DNA of 63,273 nucleotides, the filler included, from Olpidium bornovanus S191 (taxonomy: Eukaryota; Fungi; Olpidiomycota): NCBI GenBank assembly GCA_017911155.1. It is 29 parts of 29 records of this genome, joined end to end, with 100 filler letters (N's around TTAATTAATTAA, not from the genome) between each part and the next. Parts side by side here need not be neighbours in the genome. Positions count along the whole stretch, not along the records: positions 1 to 1,407 come from JAEFCI010012801.1; positions 1,508 to 4,474 come from JAEFCI010000313.1; positions 4,575 to 8,039 come from JAEFCI010008853.1; positions 8,140 to 11,114 come from JAEFCI010003722.1; 25 more parts are not named here. One strand, 5' to 3'. Numbering within the stretch: position 1 is the first letter of the stretch; every line of letters begins with the position of its first letter. The position numbers and the translations under genes are program-made. Shown one piece after another: positions 1 to 11,214 of the stretch. The notes beneath the pieces were generated by a model. That model did not search any database, was not told the origin of the DNA, and was given only the letters and a program-made list of their open reading frames with translations.

Positions 1-1116
1 CATGGCGACATCTGCGGTCCAATCAATCCTCCTTTTGGACCTTTCAGATTCTTCTACATTCTGGCAGATGCTTCAGGCAAAGTGTCCCATCTTTCATTAC
101 TTTCTACGCGAAATCTATACTTTGCGAAGACATTGGGACAACTAATCAAATTCCGTGCGCATTTCCCCGATTTTCCCATCAAAACTTTGCAAATGGACAA
201 TGCTTGCGAGTTCCGCTCGCATGCATTCGAGGACTACTGCACGGTTACGGGCATTGACCTTACGTACTCGGCCCCTTATGCACACGAACAGAATGGACTT
301 GCGGAGTCATTCATCAAGCAAATTCAGCTGATTACCTGCCCCCTCCGGATGCGTTCGGGTTTGCCTGCGTCGGCTTGGGGACATGCGGTATTACATGCTG
401 CAGCGCAAATTCGCCTTCGCCCATCATCGTTGGAGACAAAGTCTCCCCAGGAACTGATCTCGGGCCGGGTCCCGGACATCAAGCCCCCCCGCGTGTTTGG
501 CTGCAGGACTTGGGTACCTGTGGAACCGCCACGCCGACTCTCTAAACTCGCCGCCCAACGCCGAGAGGGCATCTATGTTGGATTTGATTCCCTGAGCATC
601 ATCCGTTACCTGGACCCGTCAACTGGATCGTTGCTGCGTGCCCGATTCGACAACTGCATATTTGACAAGAATATTTTCCCTAAGCTAAGTACCGAGGGAA
701 ATTCTGATGGCGCTGCCTGCTTGAATTTTGCGGCTCCCGAGTCTTTCATGATGAATCCCGATCCGCGCACTGCACTAGCAGAGACTGAGGTCTCCAAGCT
801 TTTGCACCTCCACCGCCTAGCGAATGAGTTGCCGGATGGATTCGCGAACTCGGCCCGAATCACTCGGTCGCCCATCAATGAGGCTCGGAACGCCCCAGCC
901 AGGGTTGCGGTGGAAACTACCGGGTCCCCGAGTAATACTCCACGGCTTGCGGGGACGCCTGCTTCTAGTGCGAGGAACCTCGCCCTGACAAGCCCTCCAG
1001 TGCCCGTGTTGTGGATGGTGTGTCCGGCGAAGGTTTCGTTGTGTTTATGCCAGGGTTACCCTGGTATAAACCGTGAAAAAAAGCCAGGCGGGCGCCAAAT
1101 ACTCATCGAGTATTAG
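1..1116 (+). mobile_element. Ty1/copia retrotransposon integrase region (Bianca-like), truncated by both contig ends
   Basis: Frame 1 is open from base 1: HGDICGPINPPFGPFRFFYILADASGKVSHLSLLSTRN...MDNACEF...HEQNGLAES (D,D-35-E triad), then WGHAVLHAA, VFGCRTWVP and GIYVGFDSLSIIRYLDP. The sequence degrades into a low-quality tail after about 1000. Confidence 0.9.
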
Positions 1117-1407
1117 GTTTAGGTTAAGCTTGAAAGAGGTAGGAAGCCCCGTTGACGTTTTATTCTGGTTTTCATTGGTATATTTTCAAGGGGGTTCCAT
1201 TTCCGGTAAACTTTTCCTGGGGTGCCTCTTTCCGTTTAACTTCCCCCCTCGGGGAATTTTTTTTTGGTCTTCCTTTCCAAAATTTCCGAGCTGTTTCCCC
1301 CCCCCCTTGTCCCCACCTTCAACCCTAACCTCCCTTCCCCCCTCCCCTGGCCCTTTCAACCAGAACCCCCCCCCCTTCAATCCGAACCCCCCCTTCAATC
1401 CGAACCC

Positions 1408-1507
1408 NNNNNNNNNNNNNNNNNNNNNNNNNNNNNNNNNNNNNNNNNNNNTTAATTAATTAANNNNNNNNNNNNNNNNNNNNNNNNNNNNNNNNNNNNN
1501 NNNNNNN
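1408..1507. other. Artificial contig-joining spacer (N44-TTAATTAATTAA-N44); 28 copies in the window
   Basis: Identical 100-bp block starting at 1408, 4475, 8040, 11115, 12806, 16608, 19193, 20535, 23448, 25129, 26797, 29420, 31171, 32538, 34925, 38311, 40593, 41809, 43787, 45207, 47259, 48933, 50093, 52002, 57818, 59008, 60329 and 62024. TTAATTAATTAA places stops in all six frames. Confidence 0.99.
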
Positions 1508-1819
1508 CCCGGGTCCCTGCCGGGACATCCCCCGGACGCTGCCGTAGATACTACGAGAGGCGTGCGCCACGGTCAGATCTGCTCACGGACAGCGCTCGCG
1601 CGGCAGGCGGGATTCGCAGGGGACTGCGTGGAGTTTTGGCGGAAGGGTCCGCTGTCGGTCTCTCTAATCTCCCTGCCCCCCCCCCCCCCGCTCAGCCTGA
1701 CGCGGGGGCTTCCTCTCCGCCGAGTGACGGTAATTGCGCCTTCGCGCCCGCCGTAACTTCTACAGCCTCGGGCCCCTGCCCGTCGGGGGGCAGCGGGGGG
1801 AAGGGGCGGTAAGGGACCT

Positions 1820-4314
1820 ATGGCCCTGTCGGATGAGCCCCGCCTTTCACAAACGCCTCTCCCACTTGATGCGGACCTCGAGAGCGGCTCCGAAACGCCG
1901 GCCGGCGGCGTGATTTACAGCGCCATGTACGCCAACGTGCCTGTCTACGAGTTCCTCTGCAAAGGAGTCCAGGTCATGCGCAGGAGAAGCGATTCGTACA
2001 TGAACGCCACGCAGCTGCTGAAAGTTGCAAATTTCAATAAAGGCCAGCGGACGAAAATTCTCGAGGCGGAGGTTCACATAGGCGTCCACGAGAAAATCCA
2101 GGGCGGCTACGGCAAATACCAGGGTGAGCGGTCGACCCGCCCTCGAACCCGGGCTCTCCTGCGTCAACCCCCGCGGTTTTTTTTTTTCGCGTGCCCGTGT
2201 TTTCTGAATCTTTAGCTTAATTGAATAGCTGACGCGAAACCGCGCCGTTTGCGAAACAAAAAAAAAAAGGCACATGGATTCCTTTTCCTAGGGCCGTTGA
2301 CTTTGCACGGCGCCTAGGGGTGGAAGGCGTACTCCGGCCCGTCCTCGATTTCATGGACGGATCGCAGTCGCCTCCGTTGGCCCCGAAGCCGGTCAAGCGC
2401 TGTCCACGCGGTGAAGGATTCACCGGCGTGGGATCGCAGACTCCCGTTGCCGACCGGGACGCGTTTCCGGCGTCGTCAGTTAAGTTGACATCGCGAGAGC
2501 GGCGGAAGCCCGCACGTTATCTGGCCGAGTGCGGCCACACGAGCGGAAGGAGCACGGGCAGGGCGCCGCACCCCGGGCGGCGGCCCGCCGGCGCAGTCAG
2601 GCGCACCGGCGGCACAGCGCCGCGCGGGTTGGCGTCAAAAGCAAAACCGCGGGTGACTCCAATCTGCGTTTGGTCACCGCGGTCGCACGGAAATGGCAGC
2701 AGGGAAAGCTGGCGCGAAATCATATCGAAGGCGGACAAGCCCAGACGAAGGACGCTGGGAGGGATTGCCAAAAGAAGGCGCACCGCCACCGGCGCGCGCG
2801 AACGCGAGCCGTGCCGCCGCGTCCCGTCATTGCGATCGCTCCGCGGCCCTACAGCAGCGGGAATGGAGGTGTACACGTCGTATTCCGCGCCGCGCTACGG
2901 CGTCGAGTTGCGGAAGAGCCACGACCAAGTCGTCCGGGAACTCCTGGACTATTTTCTCTCTCCGGACACCAGGGTCCCGCAGATTCTGCTCATCCCGCCT
3001 CCGGGCCTTGATATCAACCTGAGCATCGACGAAGAGCGAGACACGCCACTGCACTGGGCCGCCGCGACGGCCCGCGTCACGGTGGTCGGCTTTATTCTTG
3101 ACAATTTTTCCGTGGACGTCGACCGCGTCAACGCGCACGGTCAGACCGCCCTGGCCCGCGCGGTGCAATTCCGCGACAATTTCGACGACGGCACCTTCCC
3201 CATCCTCCTCGACCTGCTGCAACCGTCTCTGGGCCACATCGACGCGCTCGGGCGGTCGATTCTGCACCACGTGCTGCTCGGCGGGAGGCGCGAACCGCGC
3301 TCCAGGCAAACCGGCTACTACCTGGAGCACGCGCTGCGGCTGATCGCCAACACGTCCTTCCGCTGGCTGCTCGACCACCCGGACGCGAACGGGCGGACCC
3401 CGCTCGAATACTCCCGCCGCCTGGGCTGCGAGAGTTTTCCGCGGATCCTGCTTGAGGCAGGCGCCACGGAGGGGTTCAGGCGCGTCGCGTGCGGCGACAG
3501 CGACGGCGACCAGGAGGTCGGCGACGCCCGGGATCCCGGGCACGCCCGCGTCCCGGTCTGCGAGATCCGCGTCGCCGATCTCGGAGCGACCGCCGCGCGG
3601 GCGGCAGGCGAGACCCTCTCGGCGGCGGGCCCTCTGGATCCCGAGCTGGCCCGATGCGCGTCGAAGTTGGCGCTGCTGAAAGCCATTTCCGGTTCGGCTG
3701 ACGAGGGCGTCTACCTGCGGGTGGCCGACGCCGTCGACGCGTACCTCAAGCAGCTGTCGGACGACCACCACGCTCGCCGCGGCGACACCGAGCAGACGCT
3801 GGAGGAAGCGGTCCGCCAGCTCGGCGCGACGCGGCAGAGGACGGAGGAGGCGAAAAGGCTGGTCGCCGGCGTGCGCGAGCTTTCGCGGGAGCTGGAGCGG
3901 GAAGAGGGCGACGTCTCGGGGCTGGTGGCCGCGCTCAAGAGCAAGATGCTCGGCAACCAGCTCCTGCAGATTTCGGCCCTGGCCCGCCAGCTGGCCGTGC
4001 CCGATTTCCCGCAGAACGGGACCGCCACGCCCTCCACCGCGGCGTCCACGCCCTCCACCGCGGCGTCCACGCCTTCCTGCGCCGCCCCCCCGCGCGCCGA
4101 AGGGGAAGCCGCCGCCGCGACGCCTCCCAGTTTTCGGTTCCCCGAGTCCGACGGCCCGCTGCAGGCGCGCGAGCTCCTGGCGCAGATCGAAACGCTGGAG
4201 CGGGAGCGCAGGGCCCTGACCGACACGCTGGTCGACCTGAAAGCGAGGTCGCTGGTGGCGGGGCCGTACCAGAAGCTGGTCGCCAAATGCTGCGGCGTGT
4301 CCGACGCGGACATG
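1820..4314 (+). CDS. APSES/KilA-N + ankyrin cell-cycle transcription factor (Mbp1/Swi4/Res family); 3' end lost at a chimeric junction
   Basis: Exon 1 1820-2123 ([12 protein letters not shown]...[19 protein letters not shown]...[13 protein letters not shown]). A GT-AG intron at 2124-2269 restores G-TWIPF. Ankyrin repeats ([23 protein letters not shown]), a coiled coil and the C-terminal [10 protein letters not shown] motif follow. Further introns in 2400-2860 are possible. Confidence 0.9.
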
Positions 4315-4474
4315 AACTGGTTTAAAACCAATTGTCGACAGTTCGGTGCTCACTGTTGAGTGCCATTCATGCGCAGACTGTTGGAGCCCGTACAAGGCTT
4401 TGTTTAGCTTCCAAACATGATCAGGAAACTCTGGATTCACTGCACCTCGAGGTTGTTCCATGAAGACAGTATGA
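4311..4474 (-). mobile_element. Ty1/copia reverse transcriptase fragment fused to the APSES gene at a CATG site
   Basis: The minus strand reads FMEQPRGAVNPEFPDHVWKLNKALYGLQQSAHEW (copia RT KLxKALYGLKQ motif). Homology stops exactly at CATG 4311-4314, where GC content changes abruptly. Confidence 0.88.
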
Positions 4475-4576
4475 NNNNNNNNNNNNNNNNNNNNNNNNNN
4501 NNNNNNNNNNNNNNNNNNTTAATTAATTAANNNNNNNNNNNNNNNNNNNNNNNNNNNNNNNNNNNNNNNNNNNNAG

Positions 4577-4637
<61 letters not shown>

Positions 4638-4890
4638 AAAAGAAAAAGAAACCCCCGAAGCAGAGGGAACGCCCGCCTTTCCTCGCGTCATCCGCCAGCC
4701 GCTCTCCGCTCTCCGCTTCGCTCTTCGCCGCCAGCACCACTCTTGCTCCTTTGTCCTGCGAAAAATAGAACCCACCTCCCGCCCTCCGGTCCCCCCGTTG
4801 CCCCTTCTCCCCTCGGGCGACGACTCTACATAGACAAGAAAAGAGAAAGAAAAAGAAGAACATAAACACAAGAACAACCGACAAAAGAAA

Positions 4891-7800
4891 ATGTCTTCCG
4901 AACAGGTGAGTTTTCGCTCTCGCCCGCCTCTGAGAAGCAGCGCGTGCCTTTGCTTCCGCTTCCTTCTTCCCTCCCTCCCTCTGCCGGGACTGCGCCCGGC
5001 CGTTTCTTTTTCCTCTTCGCTCGCGCGCACTGCGCCGTTTCTTCCTGCCGCGTTTTCCTCCGCCGTTCTCTTCTGCCGTCGTCGCGCGACGGCCGACGTT
5101 GCACGCGCTTCTCGAAAACCTCCTTCCCGTCGGGGCACATTGTCGCGGTTTGGAGGCCCAACCCGAGGTGCTTGGGGGCGCGCGCGCTGATTGCGTCCTG
5201 TCCTCGTCGTAAACAAACTCGTTTAGGTTTCTAACATTATGACCAGGCTCGCCGGTGCCGAGTTCTCCGCCGCTGCTGCGGAGCTCGCCCAGCTCGTGAA
5301 AGATGTCGGCGGCAGTGTCTTTGACGACCTCAACGTCCGCGAGCAGCTGTCTGCTCTCATGACGAGCAAGAAGAACGCCGACGCCCGCGAGGGTGCTCTT
5401 GCCGCCGTTTCCGCACTCGCCATGTCCGACGCCTCCCGCGTTTCTGAGCCCTTCCTCATTGCGATTCTGCCTCTTGTTCTGGAAGCTGCTGCCGACAAGG
5501 CGCCCAACGTGCGCGAGGCGGCGTTGCGTACCGGCAAAGATGTCGTGTCTTCCCTCTGTCCGTACGCCACCTGTGTCGTTCTCCCCGTTCTCTTTGACGG
5601 CATCTCTTACGACAAGAAGTGGCAGACCAAGAGCGCGTCTCTTGCCCTTATCAACGTCCTGGTCAACACCGCTCCGCTGCAGCTTGCTCAGCAGTTGCCC
5701 CAGATCGTCCCTCTCGTCTCCGAGCTGATGTGGGAGACCAAGAACGAGGTCAAGGTGGCTGCAAAGCAGACGATGACGGAGGTGTGCTCCCTGGTCGCCA
5801 ACAAGGACATTGAGCAGTTCATTCCCGCTGTGATAGAGTGTATCGCCGATCCTACGAAAGTCCCCGCCACCATCCACCTCCTTGGTGCCACGACCTTCGT
5901 CCAGGCCGTCGAGTCCCCCACTCTTGCCATCATGGTCCCGCTGCTTGCTCGCGGTTTGCTCGAGAGGAGCACACCAATTCTTCGTAAGACGGCCCTCATT
6001 GTCGACAACATGTGCAAGCTCGTTGACGACCCGGATTTTGTCCGTCCCTTCCTGCCGAAGATGTTGCCTGGTTTGAGGAAGATTGCCGTCGAGGTTTCGG
6101 ACCCCGAAGCGTGCACCGTGATTGCGAAGGCCGAGGCCACTCTCCTCCGCGTCGCCGGCGCGGTCAACGGCGTCGTTCCCGAGACCGCCTCCCGTGTCGT
6201 TGATCCCGTCAAGACCAAGGCTGCCCTCGAATCCCTCGTCGGCGGCATGCCTGCCGTCGTCACCGCCGTGCTGGATCACGTCTCCAAGATGTGTGCGCAG
6301 CTCGCACTCGTCAAGAACTTTGACAAGGCGGCTTGGACCGAAGCTGTCGTCCCGTACCTGTTCGCCTACATCGCGAAGGACGACGCCGAGAAAGTTGCCG
6401 TCGCGTTCCTTGACAAGTGTTTCGAGGCCGCCACCGTGAAGGAAAAGGCCGCCGATGAGGAGGACGAGGGTGAAGACCTTTGCAACTGCGAGTTCTCTCT
6501 CGCGTACGGTGCGAAGGTCCTCCTTAACCGGACGCGCCTGCACCTCAAGCGCGGCAAGCGCTATGGCCTGTGCGGCGCAAACGGTACCGGCAAGTCCACC
6601 CTCATGAAGGCCATCGCCAACGAGCAGGTCGAGGGCTTCCCGCCGAAATCAGAACTCCGCACCGTCTACGTCGAGCACGACATCGACGGTTCCGAGGCCG
6701 ACACGCCCTGCGCTGAATTCGTGCTCCAGGACCCGCTTCTCGAGGGCATGTCGAAGGAGGAGGTCACGGCCGCCCTCAAAGCCGTCGGATTCTCGGACGA
6801 GATGGTCGCTGCTCCCGTCGGTTCCCTTTCAGGCGGTTGGAAGATGAAGCTCGCCCTTGCTCGTGCCATGCTCGAAAAGGCTGATATTCTGCTGCTTGAC
6901 GAGGTAGAGCGATTTTTTTGGTTTGCCGCGTAACTGATGACAGCTCCGCTAAGAGTCTTTTCTGAACGTTTTAGCCGACCAACCATCTTGACGTCGTCAA
7001 CGTCGCTTGGCTTGAGAACTACTTGCTCGGCCTGAAAAATGTCACCTCCCTCATCGTTTCGCACGACAGTGGTTTCCTTGACAGGGTTGTCACCACGATC
7101 ATTCACTACGAGCACCTGAAGCTGGTCCCGTACAAGGGTAATCTCTCAGCATTTGTTTCCCGCGTCCCGACCGCCCGCGCCTATTACGAGCTCGGCGCGT
7201 CCGAGCAGAAGTTCCGCTTCCCGGAACCTGGATTCCTGGAGGGTGTTAAGACGAAAGAGCGCGCCATCCTGAAGATGAAGGACGTCGACTTTTCGTACCC
7301 GGGCTCGGGCAAGCAGCAGCTCACAGGCATCACCTTCCAGTGCTCGTTGTCCTCGCGTGTCGCCGTCATTGGTCCCAACGGTGCCGGCAAGTCCACCATG
7401 ATCAAAGTAAATGCTCTGTGTTGTTTCGGTGTTCGGATGTGCAAGTTTTGCGATATGCTGACTTTAACGAATTTATAGCTCCTCACTGGTGAACTGGAGC
7501 CCAGCGCCGGTGTCGTTTGGAAACACCCCAACTTGCGTATTGCGTACGTCGCCCAGCATGCCTTCCATCACATAGAACAGCACCTCGACAAGACGCCCAA
7601 CCAGTACATCCAATGGCGTTACGCGTCCGGCGAAGACCGCGAGGAACTCGAGAAGGTCACCCGCCAAGAGACCGAAGAAGACCGCGCGGCTGCCAAAAAG
7701 GTGCACGTTATTGACGGCGCCAAGAAGGTCGTCGACCAAGTGCTCCGCCGCCGCAAGCTCAAGCAGTCGTACGAGTATGAGGTCTCGTGGAAGGATCACT

Positions 7801-8039
7801 TGTCCGCTGACAACACGTGGCTTCCGCGCAAGACTCTTGAAGAAATGGGGCTTCACAAAATGATCGCCGAGGTCGACGCTGCTGAGGCGGCCGCACAGGG
7901 CCTCAACCGCCCGCTCACCCAGAAGGAAATTGAGAAGCACCTCGTTGACGTCGGCCTCGACCCGGAATTTGCTACCCACGCCCACATCCGCGGCCTGTCC
8001 GGCGGGCAGAAAGTCCGTCTGGTCATCGGTGCCGCCATG
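4891..8039 (+). CDS. YEF3: Translation elongation factor eEF3 (HEAT + two ABC domains + chromodomain insert), 5' part
   Basis: Exons 4891-4905 (MSSEQ), 5227-6903, 6975-7406 and 7479-8039; all introns are GT-AG and phase-consistent. Motifs: [22 protein letters not shown]|[22 protein letters not shown] chromodomain, LSGGQK. Confidence 0.97.
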
Positions 8040-8339
8040 NNNNNNNNNNNNNNNNNNNNNNNNNNNNNNNNNNNNNNNNNNNNTTAATTAATTAANNNNN
8101 NNNNNNNNNNNNNNNNNNNNNNNNNNNNNNNNNNNNNNNCATGTCGGCCTTCCTCTGGATTGCGTCGTTGGAATCGTCGTCACCCTTTCTCGCGCCTGCG
8201 GGGATCCTACGGGTTTCCGCTGCTTTGCAGGTTGTCGTCAAGAAGTAGGACCGCATTCCAAAGTCTGGGTACCGGACAGTCAGGTTGGCGAAGACGAACG
8301 CGAGCGTACCGGGTAAAAGCTTGCGTTTCGCCCCGCGAC

Positions 8340-8775
8340 GATACCTGTCGCAATCCGATGGATATCAGGCACTTGTTGAATTACACAGATGAGCAGATTG
8401 TTCCCTACACGCCCGACACTGAGGACATCACCGAGGATGAGGGAGTAATAAAGTTAGGTCGAGGCAGAGGAGAAGGAGGCTGGCGATGGTAGCCAGAAGC
8501 TTCCTGTTGTCGCCGCTGCAGAATCCTCAGCATTGGTCGAAACCCTGGAGATAGGCTGGATCAGCAATACAATGGCGGTTAATTTGCGGCAGCCATGAAA
8601 AAGTTGTGAAAAACGTGAGCAAAATCAGGAGGAGCCAGCTGGCGCAGAGGATTAATGGCAGTTTTTCCCAGCCTTTGGATTGCACAGCTTGCCGTAGGCA
8701 GATGTACCGTTTACTAGTATAGAAAATTCTTCGGATTGATATTGAATATCAGTTATTGAAGTTTGTTATATTGAG
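8340..8775 (+). mobile_element. Degenerate 3' end of a pogo/Tigger (CENP-B-like DDE) transposase
   Basis: NPMDIRHLLNYTDEQIVPYTPDTEDI, then in another frame EEKEAGDGSQKLPVVAAAESSALVETLEIGWI. This resembles recalled pogo-type transposase C-termini. It is frameshifted and followed by an AT-rich tract. Confidence 0.5.
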
Positions 8776-9360
8776 CATGAGTCCTTTCCTGGGACTTTGT
8801 CAAATTTTGTTTTTTTACAAAAGATAATAGTAAAGGCTGTGTGAGTTCAGACTGGTTCCAGCGTAGGATGGTTGGGTCTCTAGGGACGCCGTTTCCGAAA
8901 TCCAGAAAAAAAGGAGGGAGGGCGAAGAGAAAGAGATGTTTAAGCAGCAAGTGTAAAAGGACGTGCCTTCCAAGCACAGGCCTCGCAGGAGCATGGCCGC
9001 AATCCCGTCGGGGTTTGTTCTGGTTTACAGTTGTCGGCCATGTCTTGTTTCCTGCGTCCAAAAGAAACGACATTTTTGTCTGCGCAGGCCGCTTTTTTTT
9101 ATTTCTCGGCCACAGCTGCGCTCGTTGGACGGGAGGGGGAGGGAGGGGGGAAGGGCAGCCCCTTGGAGGGCGCGTTTGTCACGTGACCAGTTGCCCTTTC
9201 CCCTGCGATTGGATTCACCCGGCCGTCGCACGCGAAAACCCAATAACGCATCCTCGCAGACTTTTGTCGGGGAATCCGCAGCAAACTTAATGCGCGCAGA
9301 ATTGCCAGCAGGATATGACAAGAAAGAGATCTGCCCGGTGCAAGACATTCCCCAGTTGCG

Positions 9361-9432
9361 CGGCTAGTATTTCAGCGGTAGAAGATTGCCCTCCTAAGGC
9401 AAGGGTCCTGGGTTCGATCCCCAGCTAGCCTG
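9361..9432 (+). tRNA. tRNA-Arg(CCT), non-canonical at positions 1:72 and 10
   Basis: Cloverleaf: acceptor (C)GGCTAG/CTAGCC(T), D-stem TTTC/GAAG with loop AGCGGTA, anticodon stem TTGCC/GGCAA with loop CT-CCT-AA, T-stem CTGGG/CCCAG with loop TTCGATC, discriminator G. A T5 Pol III terminator lies at 9441-9445. Confidence 0.78.
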
Positions 9433-11214
9433 CTTTCTCCTTTTTAACCTTCTCCGCGGTTAATCGATGCAAGGGCCCCGGATAAACTGGCTGGCAAGTT
9501 GTTGCTTTTTTCTAGTAGTCCTCGAACGACGCAATTTTTTTATCCGGAGACGGGAAAAATTTGCACCCAATAAGCAACAAAAGCGACGCACCGAGAAATG
9601 ACGCAAGTGAAAGACAGAATTGGCGGCAACCAGCAGCCAACCGCCGTCGAAGGCAGCGCATTCGTGACGTGTGATGAGGCTCGTGAGCGAAAACCGGCGG
9701 CAAAACAATCCCCCATATACCTCGTTCCGGACTCCAAAGTCATATGCAAAAAATTACTGGTGCAACGCCCGCGCGGCAGCCCCCAATGCCGGACAAACAG
9801 CGGCAGCCGCACTTTCTTTTGTGCGCTTAGCAACTTACAAAAGAACGCCTATACGGAGCCCGTGTCTGCGAGCGGCATCACCCAAAATCAAGTTCTGGCC
9901 CGTGTTCACTGGCTTCAACCAGGAGGAGAAAAGTGATGGCGCCTGACCAGGGCCGTTCAGCGATGCCTTCCTCGGCAAATGGCCCCTTGCCCTTTCCGCA
10001 CGACCATCTGGGGCTTGTGCGGGCGAACTATTTGGGTACAAGGCAAACGCGAAAAAACAAGTTGTTTTCGGACTGTTATCGTGACAGGATCTTTGCCGAG
10101 CAATAATTAATAGTCGACTGTGCGGGAAAACTCCTGCGCTGTGTTTACTACCGTATCAGTGTTTCGCGTCTTCGACCGGGTTTGCAGCAGCGTTTCTGCA
10201 GCTCCTGCCAGCCCTACCAGCGCCGAGGAAAATCTCGGTCCCCCACAAAGCGACCGAGAATGCCGGACGTTGCGGATTATGCAAGCTTTGCTCCGAAGCT
10301 ACAATCCTGCCGGAAAAACTCACCTCAGCGTCGTCTCCTGCTGTTTGATCAACCGCGCCACGCAAGGGGAGGTGGCGGTGGCGTGGGTCGCCTCTGGACC
10401 CCTCAGCTCTGCTGTCCAAACAACACCCGTCTCTTTTTCCACCTCCCTTTCCTTTCGCGTTCTCCTTTCCTTTAAGCACACGCCTGCCGCAGTCTTGCAG
10501 ACGGAGGCGTCCAGCCCTTCGTGCACGTTTTGTGGTGCTTGGCGGGCCGAGGATGGTTGGCGACCTTGGCGGAATCGGAAGATCCGGCGAGGTTTCGAAC
10601 TCGACATCAAGTTTGAGGCCTTATCCGCAAATCACGACTCACGCCTTTTTCAATACAGCGTCCTAGCCTTCGCGCTTGCGAAAAGTGAAAGGGGAAGGCG
10701 GGGGTGTGGCGCGGCGCAAAGGAGAGTCAGGCGGGACGGACGAGTTCGGCGTGTGTCGGGGGCCGGAACGGGGTAATCGGGCGACGTCGGCGACCGGTGA
10801 TGCCGTCTGTTAACCGCACCACTTCTCTTTCCCCCGCCGTCCCCCTCCCACGCCGCACACACACCCACGCGCGCGCGCGCCCCAAGCACCGCATCTGGAA
10901 AAGAAAAGACGGGGAAAAGAACCGTCCACAATTGAAACTCCGAGCTGCGGCCCTCTGTAAAAAAAAATTCTCAGATGGCCAAGTAGGACGGGGAAAAAAT
11001 TTGCACATCTATAGAAGACAATTGATCTCGTCGTCGGTGTAGCTTGTAACGTCAAAACAAAACCACAACTGTCACACTTGAAGGTCTTGCTGCAGCCAAT
11101 CTTGTGGCGGACGGNNNNNNNNNNNNNNNNNNNNNNNNNNNNNNNNNNNNNNNNNNNNTTAATTAATTAANNNNNNNNNNNNNNNNNNNNNNNNNNNNNN
11201 NNNNNNNNNNNNNN

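Noticed and set aside
1100-1407. ORFs and short repeats at the end of contig 1, including a telomere-like AACCCTAACC
   Set aside because: The sequence decays into runs of doubled bases and poly-C typical of low-quality read tails; there is only one telomere-like unit.
1408-1507. Regularly recurring TTAATTAATTAA as a CRISPR-like or biological repeat
   Set aside because: It is always embedded in exactly 44+44 N; it is a synthetic six-frame-stop linker.
2827-4461. 544-aa minus-strand ORF, and similar long antisense ORFs at 4519-6543, 13321-14439 and 50417-51160
   Set aside because: These are shadow ORFs of GC-rich genes on the opposite strand; only the first ~50 codons of 2827-4461 (copia RT) are meaningful.
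8340-9432. Targeted insertion of a transposon next to a tRNA gene
   Set aside because: The remnant is a DNA transposon about 600 bp away, and an internal CATG at 8776 may be a chimeric junction.
9560-11114. Possible snoRNA/snRNA or genes in this stretch; likewise 14600-15500, 19293-20534, 26897-28100, 42600-43786, 43887-45206, 49033-50092 and 62124-63273
   Set aside because: I found no recognisable RNA motif set or protein family by eye; these regions are left unannotated rather than guessed.
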